Assembly (NCBI GenBank): GCA_020724585.1
Contig: DYGS01000001.1
Location: 358,002 to 422,001 of the forward strand
Length of the DNA stretch: 64,000 bases
From: Candidatus Microgenomatus sp.
GTDB lineage: Bacteria > Patescibacteriota > Microgenomatia > UBA8517
Direction of reading: 5' to 3'
The notes beneath the pieces are model-generated. The model had not been told where the DNA came from. It did not search any database and was given only the letters and a program-made list of their open reading frames with translations. Both the position numbers and the translations under genes were made by a program. Each line of letters opens with the position of its first letter. Position 1 is the stretch's first letter. This document shows positions 49,857 to 59,504 of the stretch, piece by piece.

Positions 49857-51125
49857 ATGAGTACTATAAAAAGAATTTGGGCTCGAGAAATATTGGACAG
49901 CCGTGGGATTCCAACTGTTGAGTGCTATTGTCAATTGGATGATGGTAGATTTGCGACAGCCTCTGTTCCCGCTGGGACATCGATGGGCAGTCATGAGGCC
50001 TTGGAATTGCGAGATAAAGATGCTACCCGATACCACGGAGAAGGGGTTTTAAAAGCAGTTGAAAATATTAATAGCGTTTTGGGTCCTGCTTTGTCGGGTT
50101 TAAATCCTTTAGAACAAGCCCAGATTGATCAAAAATTAATCGAACTTGACGGTACTGAGAACAAATCAAAATACGGGGCAAATGCAATATTAGCCGTTTC
50201 TATTGCAATTTGTAAGGTCGGTGCAACTTCACAAAATAAAGCGCTTTATACCTGGATTAACGAGCTTTGCACTTCGCTTGGAATGAAGCCTGGGGTAAAA
50301 CTGCCTACTCCCCTTTTAAATATGATAAATGGCGGCCTTCATGGGGCGGGAAACTTGGATTTTCAGGAGTTTTGGATGATACCTGCAACTAATAAGTCGT
50401 TTAGCGAGGGCTTGAGAATGGGTGTGGAAGTTTATCAGACAATAGGTGAAAATTTAGCCCGAAGAGGAGCTATTCATTCAGTGGGTCATGAAGGGGGTTA
50501 TGCTCCTAATTTATTTACCAATGCCGACGCTTTTGAGGTTTTTGTAGAATCTGTTCGCCAGACCAATTACTCAATGGGCAGGGATGTATTTTTAGGTCTT
50601 GATGTCGCGGCCAACAGTTTTTATAAGGACGGCGAGTATCAAATCAGAGATAGATCAAGTAGCTTAACAGATGACCAATTGTTAGATTATTATAAAGAAC
50701 TTGTAAATAATTATAAGCTTGCGATTTTAGAGGATGCTTTTCATGAGGATGCTTGGGGATCATGGAAAAAACTATACAATGAACTTGCAGGAACTTCAAT
50801 TATAGTTGGCGACGATTTAATTGTGACCAATCCCAAAAGAATACAGAAAGCAATTGATGAAAAAGCTTGCAATTGTGCCGTAATAAAGCCAAATCAAATC
50901 GGAACAGTCTTTGAAACTTTGCAGGTAGTTAAAATGGTAAAAGAGGCAGGCTGGAAAACTTTGACATCTCATAGAAGCGGCGAGACAAATGACACATTTA
51001 TTGCGGATTTTGCGGTTGGCATTGCCTCAGATTATGCCAAATTTGGCGCACCAGCAAGAGGAGAAAGAGTTGCAAAGTATAACAGGCTTTCAGCTATAGA
51101 AATTGAACTTTCGTATTTTAAATGA
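49857..51125 (+). CDS. eno: Enolase
   Basis: REILDSRG.PTVE, VGDDL, SHRSGET and ERVAKYNRL motifs. Confidence 0.98.
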   Translation: MSTIKRIWAREILDSRGIPTVECYCQLDDGRFATASVPAGTSMGSHEALELRDKDATRYHGEGVLKAVENINSVLGPALSGLNPLEQAQIDQKLIELDGTENKSKYGANAILAVSIAICKVGATSQNKALYTWINELCTSLGMKPGVKLPTPLLNMINGGLHGAGNLDFQEFWMIPATNKSFSEGLRMGVEVYQTIGENLARRGAIHSVGHEGGYAPNLFTNADAFEVFVESVRQTNYSMGRDVFLGLDVAANSFYKDGEYQIRDRSSSLTDDQLLDYYKELVNNYKLAILEDAFHEDAWGSWKKLYNELAGTSIIVGDDLIVTNPKRIQKAIDEKACNCAVIKPNQIGTVFETLQVVKMVKEAGWKTLTSHRSGETNDTFIADFAVGIASDYAKFGAPARGERVAKYNRLSAIEIELSYFK

Positions 51126-52774
51126 AACTGACTAATCTTCCTAAATTTGTGATTTTAACAGTTCTTGATGGTTGGGGAATATCTGCCCCAGGACCGGGAA
51201 ATGCTATATCGCTTGCAAACACTATAAACATCAATAGGCTTACATCAAGTTATCCTCATACAGAATTAAAAGCCTCAGGTGCGGAAGTTGGCCTTCCTCC
51301 CAACGAAGATGGAAACACCGAAACGGGACATTTAAATTTGGGTGCAGGCAGAATTGTTTATCAGGATTTGGTTAGAATTAATATGTCAATTGCGGATGGT
51401 TCTTTTTTTATAAACGAAACTCTTCTTGGAGCAATTTCTCACGCCAAATCAAATAACTCAAATCTTCACCTGATGGGTCTTGTAGGTTCGGGCGGAGTGC
51501 ATTCAAATATTGAACATTTATTTGCTTTAATTCAACTTTGCAATAGAAATGATTTTAATAGAGTTTTTTTGCATCTATTCACGGATGGCAGAGATTCTCC
51601 GCCTACTGCGGCAAAAATTTACATTGAAAGAATAAAAGAAGTAATAAATAGGGAAAAGGTGGGTAAAATTGCAAGCCTTATGGGCAGATATTGGGCAATG
51701 GATAGAGATTTGCGTTGGGACAGAACAGAAAAAGCCTATAGGGCATTAACTTTGGGGGAGGGGGATTTGGTTAAAACAGCCGAGGAAGCAATAGAAGCGT
51801 CGTACAATAATGGCAAGACAGATGAGTTTGTCGACCCCGCTTTAATATCGGATGAGCAGGGAAAGCCAATAGGGATCATAAGGGAAAATGATGCAGTTAT
51901 ATTCTTTAATTTTAGGATAGATAGGCCAAGACAGCTTTCAAGAGCTTTTGTTTACGAGGATTTGACAAAAGCGATAACTACCCATTCTTTCGACCCTTTT
52001 CTTGTCAAATACACTAAAAAACATGTAGCCTCAAACTTTGAAGGCAAAATGCCATTTAATAGACCGCCTAGATTAAAGAATTTGTTTTTTGTAACAATGA
52101 CGCAATATGAAAAACCTTTGGAAGACGAAGGGGCAAAAGTTGCTTTTAAGCCTGAAGCGGTTGATATGCCTTTGGGGAGAGTTATATCGGAACACGGATA
52201 TAAACAGTTAAGGGTGGCTGAAAGCGAGAAGGAGAGGTTTGTTACTTTCTATTTCAATGGACAGCAGGAAATTCCAATGGAGCTTGAGGACAGATTGATT
52301 ATCCCATCTCCTAATGTTTCGACATATGACTTGAAACCAGAAATGAGTTCGGTTGAGTTAACTAATGCAATGCTTGCCAAACTAAAAAATTCACCTGATT
52401 ATAAATTTATTTTAGTTAATTTTGCGGCACCTGATATGGTTTCCCATACCGGCAATATTGGAGCGGCTGTCAAGGCCTGCCAAGTAGTTGATGAGTGCGT
52501 TGGTAGAATTGCAAATTATTGTTTAGCTTATGATGGAGCAATGTTAATAACAGCTGACCATGGGAATTGCGAGGAAATGATTGACCCTCATACCGGTCAA
52601 GTTGAAACAGAGCATTCGACAAACACAGTTCCTTTTATTGTGGTTTCAAAAGAACTTATGGGCAGAGGGGAAATGCTTCCGGCTGGAATTTTGGCTGATG
52701 TTGCTCCAACTGTATTAAATTTATTAGGTATTCAAGTGCCAACTCAAATGACAGGAAGAAATTTGTTGGGTTAA
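51122..52774 (+). CDS. gpmI: 2,3-bisphosphoglycerate-independent phosphoglycerate mutase
   Basis: LDGWG, GNTETGH, DGRD, PDMVSHTG and TADHGN motifs. Confidence 0.97.
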   Translation: MKLTNLPKFVILTVLDGWGISAPGPGNAISLANTININRLTSSYPHTELKASGAEVGLPPNEDGNTETGHLNLGAGRIVYQDLVRINMSIADGSFFINETLLGAISHAKSNNSNLHLMGLVGSGGVHSNIEHLFALIQLCNRNDFNRVFLHLFTDGRDSPPTAAKIYIERIKEVINREKVGKIASLMGRYWAMDRDLRWDRTEKAYRALTLGEGDLVKTAEEAIEASYNNGKTDEFVDPALISDEQGKPIGIIRENDAVIFFNFRIDRPRQLSRAFVYEDLTKAITTHSFDPFLVKYTKKHVASNFEGKMPFNRPPRLKNLFFVTMTQYEKPLEDEGAKVAFKPEAVDMPLGRVISEHGYKQLRVAESEKERFVTFYFNGQQEIPMELEDRLIIPSPNVSTYDLKPEMSSVELTNAMLAKLKNSPDYKFILVNFAAPDMVSHTGNIGAAVKACQVVDECVGRIANYCLAYDGAMLITADHGNCEEMIDPHTGQVETEHSTNTVPFIVVSKELMGRGEMLPAGILADVAPTVLNLLGIQVPTQMTGRNLLG

Positions 52775-53403
52775 CTGTATCTTCTAATTAATCCAACGAC
52801 ACGGCCTTGGACAACTACTTCTTTGGCAAAAATTGGCTGCATTTTAGAATTAGCAGGCTCAAGTCTTATTCTAGTTGCTTCTTTGAAGTACCTTTTAAGG
52901 GTGGCTAAGCCATTCTTCAAAAGAGCCACGACTATTTGCCCGTCCCTTGCGGTTTCTGTTTGCTCACAAATTACAAAATCACCATCATCAATATGATCTT
53001 CAATCATTGATTGACCTTTAACCTGCAAAACATAAATTCTTTTTCCCGATTTCATAAATGAAGGAGGAATTGAAATATGGGCATTAGGGTCAGTCATTGG
53101 CTCGATTGGTTCGCCTGCGGCAATGTAACCTAAAATTGGTACAGTGACGCCTTCATTATTAATATTTATAGGGGTAGTCAATTCCATTTTTCGAAGTCTT
53201 CCCGAGGTTCTTTTTAATAGTCCTTTTTCAACTAGACTTTCAACATGCTCGTGAACGGTTGCAAGCGAACTAACACCAATTGCGTCGGCAATAGAACGAA
53301 GAGTTGGAGCATATCCCGTTGCTTCAACTGTCTGCCTTATAAAATCCAGAATTTGCGCTTGTCTTCTGTAAACTACTGGGACAGTTTTCGGATTATTTTT
53401 CAT
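52771..53403 (-). CDS. lexA: SOS repressor LexA
   Basis: RQAQILDFI...PTLRSIA wHTH, IAAG cleavage site, GQSM and ATLKR catalytic dyad. Confidence 0.95.
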   Translation of the reverse strand: MKNNPKTVPVVYRRQAQILDFIRQTVEATGYAPTLRSIADAIGVSSLATVHEHVESLVEKGLLKRTSGRLRKMELTTPININNEGVTVPILGYIAAGEPIEPMTDPNAHISIPPSFMKSGKRIYVLQVKGQSMIEDHIDDGDFVICEQTETARDGQIVVALLKNGLATLKRYFKEATRIRLEPANSKMQPIFAKEVVVQGRVVGLIRRYS

Positions 53404-53412
53404 ACTTATAAC

Positions 53413-53441
53413 AATATACGAATATTTGCCGAACGGGTCAA
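53413..53441 (-). promoter_or_regulatory. lexA promoter with candidate LexA operator
   Basis: TTGACC-17 nt-TATATT. The spacer contains the direct repeat TTCG-N7-TTCG. Confidence 0.6.
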
Positions 53442-53474
53442 CTATATCTTTATATATCATGATAAAATAGCTAA

Positions 53475-55550
53475 ATGAAGTTTGAAATTAAATCAACAAA
53501 TAAACCGACGAATGAGCAAAAAAAAGCTATAGACCAATTGGTAAATAATTTTGTCAATTCAAAAAAATACCAAACGCTTTTAGGTGTAACCGGCTCGGGC
53601 AAAACTTTCGTAACCGCAAATGTTATTGAAAGGCTACAAAGGCCAACCCTGATTATTTCCCATAACAAGACCTTAGCGGCACAGCTTTACCAGGAAATGC
53701 GAGATTTATTTCCAAAAAATGCTGTCTCCTATTTTGTTTCTTATTATGATTATTATCAGCCTGAAAGCTATATTCCTTCAACTGATACCTATATTGAAAA
53801 AGACTCTGCCATAAACGAGTTGATTGATAAATTGAGGCTATCTGCAACCACCAATTTATTAACAAGAAAAGATGTTATTGTTGTGGCCTCAGTTTCTGCT
53901 ATTTATAACATCGGTTCTCCGAATGAATATGGAAAATTTGCGTTTGAATTTGCAACCGGAATGAAAGTTGCAAGAGAGCAAATAATCAATCGTCTTTTAG
54001 ACCTGCAGTATGAGAGATCTGAATTTGGCTTTAATAGAGGAACTTTTAGAATACGGGGTGAAAATATTGATGTCTATCCTGCTTATGAGGATATCGGGGT
54101 AAGAATAGAGGAATCAGATGGAGTTATTAAATCAATTAAAAAAATTAATACTATTACGGGCGAAGAGATTAAAGACCATGAATCAATAAGCAAAAACTAT
54201 GTGCTTTTTCCAGCCAAACATTTTATAACAGATTCCAAATCACACGCTAAAGCATTTGAACAAATTAAAAAAGATTTAGAATTTAGAGTTGAGGAATTAA
54301 GAAAAGCAAATAAATTACTTGAAGCACAGAGGTTATCTCAACGGGTTAATTATGATCTTGAGATGATTAAAGAAATTGGCTATGTTAAGGGCATTGAAAA
54401 TTACTCTCGATATTTTGATGGAAGAAAACCCGGGGATCCTCCCTACACATTGCTTGATTATTTTTCGGTTTGTGCAGATGACAAAGATTATCTGGTTATT
54501 GTTGATGAAAGTCACATTACTTTTCCTCAAGTAAGGGGCATGTATAATGGAGATTTTTCAAGAAAAAAGACTCTGATAGATTACGGCTTTAGGCTTCCTT
54601 CAGCTTTTGATAATAGACCATTAAAATTTGACGAATTTTTAAGAAAGATTCCCAATTTTATAGCTTTAAGCGCAACTCCAAATGAATGGGAAGTTAGTAT
54701 GTCTACGACAAATGCTAAATTACAAATGCTAAATTCTAAATTAAACACAAAAAACATGAATGCAGGTGTAGTTGAGTTATTAGTTAGACCTACGGGAATC
54801 CCTGATCCAAAAGTGACAATAAAGCCGACCACAAATCAAGTCAAAGATGTAATTGAAGAAATTAAAAAAGAAATATCAAACAAAAGAAGAGTTTTGGTAA
54901 CTACCCTAACTAAAAAAACGGCAGAAGATCTAACTAGCTATCTTCAAGAACAAGGATTAAAAGTAGCATATTTACATAGCGATGTTGATACGCTTGATAG
55001 AAGCGATATTTTGGATAATTTAAGAAAAGGAACATACGATTGTTTGGTTGGCATAAACCTTCTAAGGGAGGGCCTTGATCTTCCTGAAGTTGGTTTAGTT
55101 GCAATATTAGACGCTGACAAAGAAGGATTTTTAAGAAGTGAAACAAGTTTAATACAGACAATGGGAAGGGCGGCAAGACATGTTGAGGGAAGAGTTATTA
55201 TGTATGCTGATAAAATAACAGATTCGATGAAAAGAGCCTTAGCTGAGGTGGAAAGAAGACGGAAGTATCAGTTAGATATAAATAAAAAATATAACATAAT
55301 TCCCAAGTCCATTGCCAAGCCAATAAGAGAGAAAATTATTGAAAAAGAAGAAGAAAACAAATCAAAAGCAATTGGCTTAGGCCTTGAAACATATACAAAA
55401 CTTCCTGAAATTGATATGGCTTCTTTAACACCAATGGACAAAAAAAGACTTATTAAAAATTTGCAAAAAGAAATGGTTTTGGCCGCAAAAGACTTAAACT
55501 TTGAACTGGCGGTTATAATTAGAGATAAAATTAAAGAAATCTCGCCTTAA
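53475..55550 (+). CDS. uvrB: Excinuclease ABC subunit B
   Basis: GVTGSGKT, YYDYYQPE, DESH and QTMGRAAR motifs. Confidence 0.98.
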   Translation: MKFEIKSTNKPTNEQKKAIDQLVNNFVNSKKYQTLLGVTGSGKTFVTANVIERLQRPTLIISHNKTLAAQLYQEMRDLFPKNAVSYFVSYYDYYQPESYIPSTDTYIEKDSAINELIDKLRLSATTNLLTRKDVIVVASVSAIYNIGSPNEYGKFAFEFATGMKVAREQIINRLLDLQYERSEFGFNRGTFRIRGENIDVYPAYEDIGVRIEESDGVIKSIKKINTITGEEIKDHESISKNYVLFPAKHFITDSKSHAKAFEQIKKDLEFRVEELRKANKLLEAQRLSQRVNYDLEMIKEIGYVKGIENYSRYFDGRKPGDPPYTLLDYFSVCADDKDYLVIVDESHITFPQVRGMYNGDFSRKKTLIDYGFRLPSAFDNRPLKFDEFLRKIPNFIALSATPNEWEVSMSTTNAKLQMLNSKLNTKNMNAGVVELLVRPTGIPDPKVTIKPTTNQVKDVIEEIKKEISNKRRVLVTTLTKKTAEDLTSYLQEQGLKVAYLHSDVDTLDRSDILDNLRKGTYDCLVGINLLREGLDLPEVGLVAILDADKEGFLRSETSLIQTMGRAARHVEGRVIMYADKITDSMKRALAEVERRRKYQLDINKKYNIIPKSIAKPIREKIIEKEEENKSKAIGLGLETYTKLPEIDMASLTPMDKKRLIKNLQKEMVLAAKDLNFELAVIIRDKIKEISP

Positions 55551-55597
55551 GAATTTTTGGTATAATTAAAGAGTCCGCTGGTAATCCAGTGGGGTTT

Positions 55598-58453
55598 ATG
55601 CATGATTTAATTAAAGTAGTTGGGGCGCGGCAGAACAATTTAAAAAATATATCTATTGATATACCCAAAAACAAACTTGTTGTTTTAACAGGTGTATCAG
55701 GCAGTGGAAAATCTTCGTTTGCTTTTGATACTTTGTATGCTGAAGGGCAAAGGAGGTATGTAGAAAGCCTTTCAACCTATGCCAGACAGTTTTTAGGCAT
55801 AATGGAAAAGCCCGATGTTGATTCAATTACAGGATTATCCCCATCTATTTCAATTGACCAAAAAACAACTTCTAAAAATCCGAGATCAACGGTAGGAACT
55901 GTTACCGAAATATATGATTATTTACGACTTCTATTTGCAAGAGTTGGACACCCGCATTGTCCTAAATGCGGTCGTGAAATAAGCCAGCAAACATTGGAGC
56001 AAATTGTAGATAAAATACTACAAGAGAAAGGCAAATTTTATCTTCTTGCGCCTGTAATTAAAGATAGAAAGGGAGAGTTTTCAAGCCTTTTTGATAATCT
56101 TAAATCTAAAGGTTATTCTAGAGTTAGAATTGATGGAATTTATAAAGAGCTATCAGATGATTTTACTTTAATTAAAACAAATAAACACACTATAGATGTA
56201 GTTGTTGATAAATTTACTATAGACACCTTAAAGGGTGTAACCCTTAAAGGTCGACTTTTTGATTCAGTTTCTCAAAGTTTATCACTGTCCGATGGATATG
56301 TAATTTTGTCTAAAATTAAAGATCCTTCTTTTGCAATTCCGGAATATCCAAAAGATTTTGAAGATCATTTGTTTTCTGAAAAATTTTCTTGTCCAGTTGA
56401 TAATATCTCTTTACCAGAAATAGAGCCGAGATCATTCTCTTTTAATTCTCCACATGGTGCATGCCCAACTTGCACAGGACTAGGAAAAATTTTGAAAGTT
56501 GAACCTGGCTTAGTATTTTTACCCGATTTGACCATCAAGGAAGGTGGTATAAGGCCTTTTGCCAACATGATTGAAAGCGAAAGCTATTTTGGCAGAATCA
56601 TTTTAAATTTTTGCGACAAAAATGGAATTTCTGTAAATACCCCAATTAAGGATTTGGATAAAAATAAGTTAAATATCTTGCTTTATGGGGGAAAAGGTTT
56701 TGAAGGGATAGCCAATAATTTGGAAAGAAGATATCGAGAAACTGAAAGTGAATGGTCGAGAGAGGAAATCCAAAAATACATGAAGGAAATGATTTGCAAT
56801 AGCTGTAATGGAGCAAGACTTAAAAAAGAAGCCCTCTCGATAACTGTTGCCGGAAGAAATATATCGGAATATACGCAATATTCTATATCCAATCTGTATC
56901 GATGTATTAATACATCGATACAAAAAGAACTCAACCAAAGAGAAAAAGAAATTGGAAGGTTGATAATAAAGGAAATTTTAGGAAGACTTGAATTTTTGAC
57001 TTCAGTGGGCCTTGAATATTTAAGCCTTGATAGGGTAGCAGGAACATTATCAGGAGGTGAGGCTCAAAGGATAAGACTGGCAAGTCAAATTGGATCAGGT
57101 TTAACAGGGGTTTTGTATGTTTTGGATGAGCCTACAATTGGGCTTCACCAAAAAGACAATCAAAAGTTAATAGATACATTAAAACATTTAAGAGATTTAG
57201 GAAATTCTGTAGTTGTTGTTGAACATGATGAAGAAATGATGAGGCAAAGTGATTTTTTAGTGGATTTTGGTCCTTTAGCAGGGAAATTAGGTGGTGAAAT
57301 TGTAGCATCTGGAACGCCTAAAGAAGTTATGAATAATCCTAAATCGATAACAGGTGCATATCTTTCGGGACGAAAGAAAATTAGTTTATCAAATTTCACA
57401 CCTAGTGTCATTGCGAACGAAGTGAAGCAATCTCAAACTCAGATTGCCGCGTCGCCTATGGCTCCTCGCAATGACAAATTGACAATTTACGGAGCGAGCC
57501 AGTTTAACCTTAAAAACATAAATGTTGAATTTCCATTAGGTAAAATGATTTGCATTACAGGCGTATCGGGCAGTGGCAAATCAACTTTACTGGTTGAAAC
57601 ACTATATCCTGCACTGCAGAGGCAATTTAACCCATTTTTCAAAGGTGATGTCGGCGCATACAGCAGAATCGAAGGTGTAGAAAACATCGATAAAGCAATA
57701 TTAATTGACCAATCCCCAATAGGTAGAACACCCAGAAGCAACCCTGCAACCTACACAGGCCTTTTTGATCCTATCAGAGATTTATTTGCATTAACTAAAG
57801 AGGCAAAAATTAGAGGATTTAAAAAAGGACAATTTTCATTTAATTTAAAAGGAGGAAGATGTGAAGCTTGTGAAGGACAAGGACAAACAAAAATTGAAAT
57901 GCAGTTCATGCCCGATATTTGGATTAATTGTGAGGTCTGCCAAGGAAAGAGATACAATTCCCAAACCTTGGAAGTTTTATATAAGGGTAAAAATATTTCG
58001 GAGATTTTGGATTTAACAATTACCGAGGCGCTTGAGTTTTTTTCTCCAATATCGGCAGTTAGGGAAAAACTGGAAACATTAGAGCAAGTGGGCCTGGGTT
58101 ATATGCAACTGGGCCAAAGTGCAACGACTTTATCAGGAGGTGAAGCACAAAGAGTTAAACTTGCAACAGAACTTTCAAGGCGTCAAACTGGTAGAACTTT
58201 TTATATATTAGATGAACCAACAACTGGTCTTCATTTTGCAGATGTAGAAAGATTATTAAAAGTATTAAAGCTTTTGGTATCAAAAGGAAATACGGTATGT
58301 GTAATAGAGCACAATCTAGATGTTATAAAAAATAGTGATTGGATAATTGATTTAGGCCCAGAAGGTGGTGATAAAGGTGGAGAAGTTGTAGCCACCGGAG
58401 CCCCAAAGGATATTAAAAATAATAAAAACTCAGTAACAGGGAGATATTTATAA
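55598..58453 (+). CDS. uvrA: Excinuclease ABC subunit A
   Basis: Two GVSGSGKS Walker A motifs, two LSGGEAQR motifs and Zn fingers. Confidence 0.98.
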   Translation: MHDLIKVVGARQNNLKNISIDIPKNKLVVLTGVSGSGKSSFAFDTLYAEGQRRYVESLSTYARQFLGIMEKPDVDSITGLSPSISIDQKTTSKNPRSTVGTVTEIYDYLRLLFARVGHPHCPKCGREISQQTLEQIVDKILQEKGKFYLLAPVIKDRKGEFSSLFDNLKSKGYSRVRIDGIYKELSDDFTLIKTNKHTIDVVVDKFTIDTLKGVTLKGRLFDSVSQSLSLSDGYVILSKIKDPSFAIPEYPKDFEDHLFSEKFSCPVDNISLPEIEPRSFSFNSPHGACPTCTGLGKILKVEPGLVFLPDLTIKEGGIRPFANMIESESYFGRIILNFCDKNGISVNTPIKDLDKNKLNILLYGGKGFEGIANNLERRYRETESEWSREEIQKYMKEMICNSCNGARLKKEALSITVAGRNISEYTQYSISNLYRCINTSIQKELNQREKEIGRLIIKEILGRLEFLTSVGLEYLSLDRVAGTLSGGEAQRIRLASQIGSGLTGVLYVLDEPTIGLHQKDNQKLIDTLKHLRDLGNSVVVVEHDEEMMRQSDFLVDFGPLAGKLGGEIVASGTPKEVMNNPKSITGAYLSGRKKISLSNFTPSVIANEVKQSQTQIAASPMAPRNDKLTIYGASQFNLKNINVEFPLGKMICITGVSGSGKSTLLVETLYPALQRQFNPFFKGDVGAYSRIEGVENIDKAILIDQSPIGRTPRSNPATYTGLFDPIRDLFALTKEAKIRGFKKGQFSFNLKGGRCEACEGQGQTKIEMQFMPDIWINCEVCQGKRYNSQTLEVLYKGKNISEILDLTITEALEFFSPISAVREKLETLEQVGLGYMQLGQSATTLSGGEAQRVKLATELSRRQTGRTFYILDEPTTGLHFADVERLLKVLKLLVSKGNTVCVIEHNLDVIKNSDWIIDLGPEGGDKGGEVVATGAPKDIKNNKNSVTGRYL
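57406..57476. repeat. Palindromic RPE/REP-like element in frame in uvrA
   Basis: TGTCATTGCGA...GCAATCT-caaactc-AGATTGC...TCGCAATGACA, encoding VIANEVKQSQTQIAASPMAPRND. Confidence 0.88.
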
Positions 58454-58465
58454 AGGGGTCGAGCA

Positions 58466-58705
58466 GTATCACATGAGAGGTTGTTTTTAAGGAAAAAAGG
58501 AAAAAGTCCTTTTTCAACAACACATCTCATGTGACACTCTTCTGTTTGGTATAGCCATCGCTTTGACACAAAACCCATTGGGGTTTTGGCAATTTGGTAG
58601 GCCATTGACCAAACAGGTCTTGCAAAATAACTTCAAAATAATTCCAAACCTCATGCGCGAGCGCCTACAGTCGTTAGACTGCGCCTCCAAGCCCGCATGG
58701 GTTTC
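58466..58705 (-). ncRNA. Candidate structured 3' trailer (three consecutive long hairpins)
   Basis: Inverted repeats at 58466-58537, about 58545-58613 and about 58652-58700. G-U pairs favour the minus strand. Confidence 0.45.
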
Positions 58706-58711
58706 TCCCCA

Positions 58712-59119
58712 CTATTCGTTGTTACGAATAAATTTGATGCAGGCGACGCCGTTACCCATCAGGGCGAGTGAAACCACTACGATGGAAATGTAGAAGTCGT
58801 AATGCCATGTGAGAGTGGGCCAGAATTGAATCCAATTCAGCCACATCGCCGTGCCGAGGACATTGAGCAGGATCATGACCACTGTTGCGATTCCATCACG
58901 CCAGCCACTGGGATTGTTGAACGCCCAGAGGGTGAGGGTAAAGATTGCAAGCAACGATAACAACAGTGCCTGCAAAAAGGCGGATTGCTCGGTCGGATCC
59001 ATGATGAATCCCGTGAGCAGATATCCACCGCCCATGTATGCCCACAATTCAGCGAGGGTCATGAAGGCGAGGAACATCAAGGGCCAGACGATCAGCTTCA
59101 GGTATAACGGTTTGTTCAT
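58712..59119 (-). CDS. Hypothetical 4-TM membrane protein, GC-richer than the host genes
   Basis: Hydrophobic 135-aa ORF with a strong AAGGAG SD. Confidence 0.75.
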   Translation of the reverse strand: MNKPLYLKLIVWPLMFLAFMTLAELWAYMGGGYLLTGFIMDPTEQSAFLQALLLSLLAIFTLTLWAFNNPSGWRDGIATVVMILLNVLGTAMWLNWIQFWPTLTWHYDFYISIVVVSLALMGNGVACIKFIRNNE

Positions 59120-59404
59120 TTTACTCTCCTTTTCAAATTTGAACTTGCACAGGTCCAGTCATGGTTTTTATTGTTAAGAACATGTAATGTTCCAACGAGA
59201 ATAAGGCGCGACGTAAGGTCGTGATCTGATTCATGCCCAGAATTGTGCAGTCCAAACTTAAATTTGGAGAACTATTTTTGCAAGATTGTTAAAGTACTCT
59301 TCGACAGGCTCAGAGCTAGCTTTTTCAGAAAGTTCAGGTGAACTTCTTTAGCAAACTCAGAGCGTATTACTTTTAATATCGCAAACCGATATTTAAGTGT
59401 CTAA

Positions 59405-59433
59405 ATAATACCCTATAATATTACAAAAGTCAA
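59405..59433 (-). promoter_or_regulatory. Sigma70-type promoter giving a ~280-nt leader
   Basis: TTGACT-17 nt-TATTAT on the minus strand. Confidence 0.6.
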
Positions 59434-59450
59434 GTTTTTAGATAATATTT

Positions 59451-59478
59451 AGATTACCGCACTTTATTCGCAATGACA
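59451..59478. repeat. Degenerate half RPE/REP-like element
   Basis: AGATTACCGC...TTCGCAATGACA. Confidence 0.6.
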
Positions 59479-59504
59479 CGGTTATCTCTGTTAAAATAGT
59501 TTTA

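Noticed and set aside
58563-59177. Plus-strand ORFs 58563-58793 and 58851-59177
   Set aside because: The minus-strand 4-TM ORF has the SD and promoter. The plus-strand frames look like shadows.
15660-59478. Palindromic repeats as CRISPR repeats or intrinsic terminators
   Set aside because: They are dispersed rather than regularly spaced, lack U-tracts, and three lie inside coding sequence.
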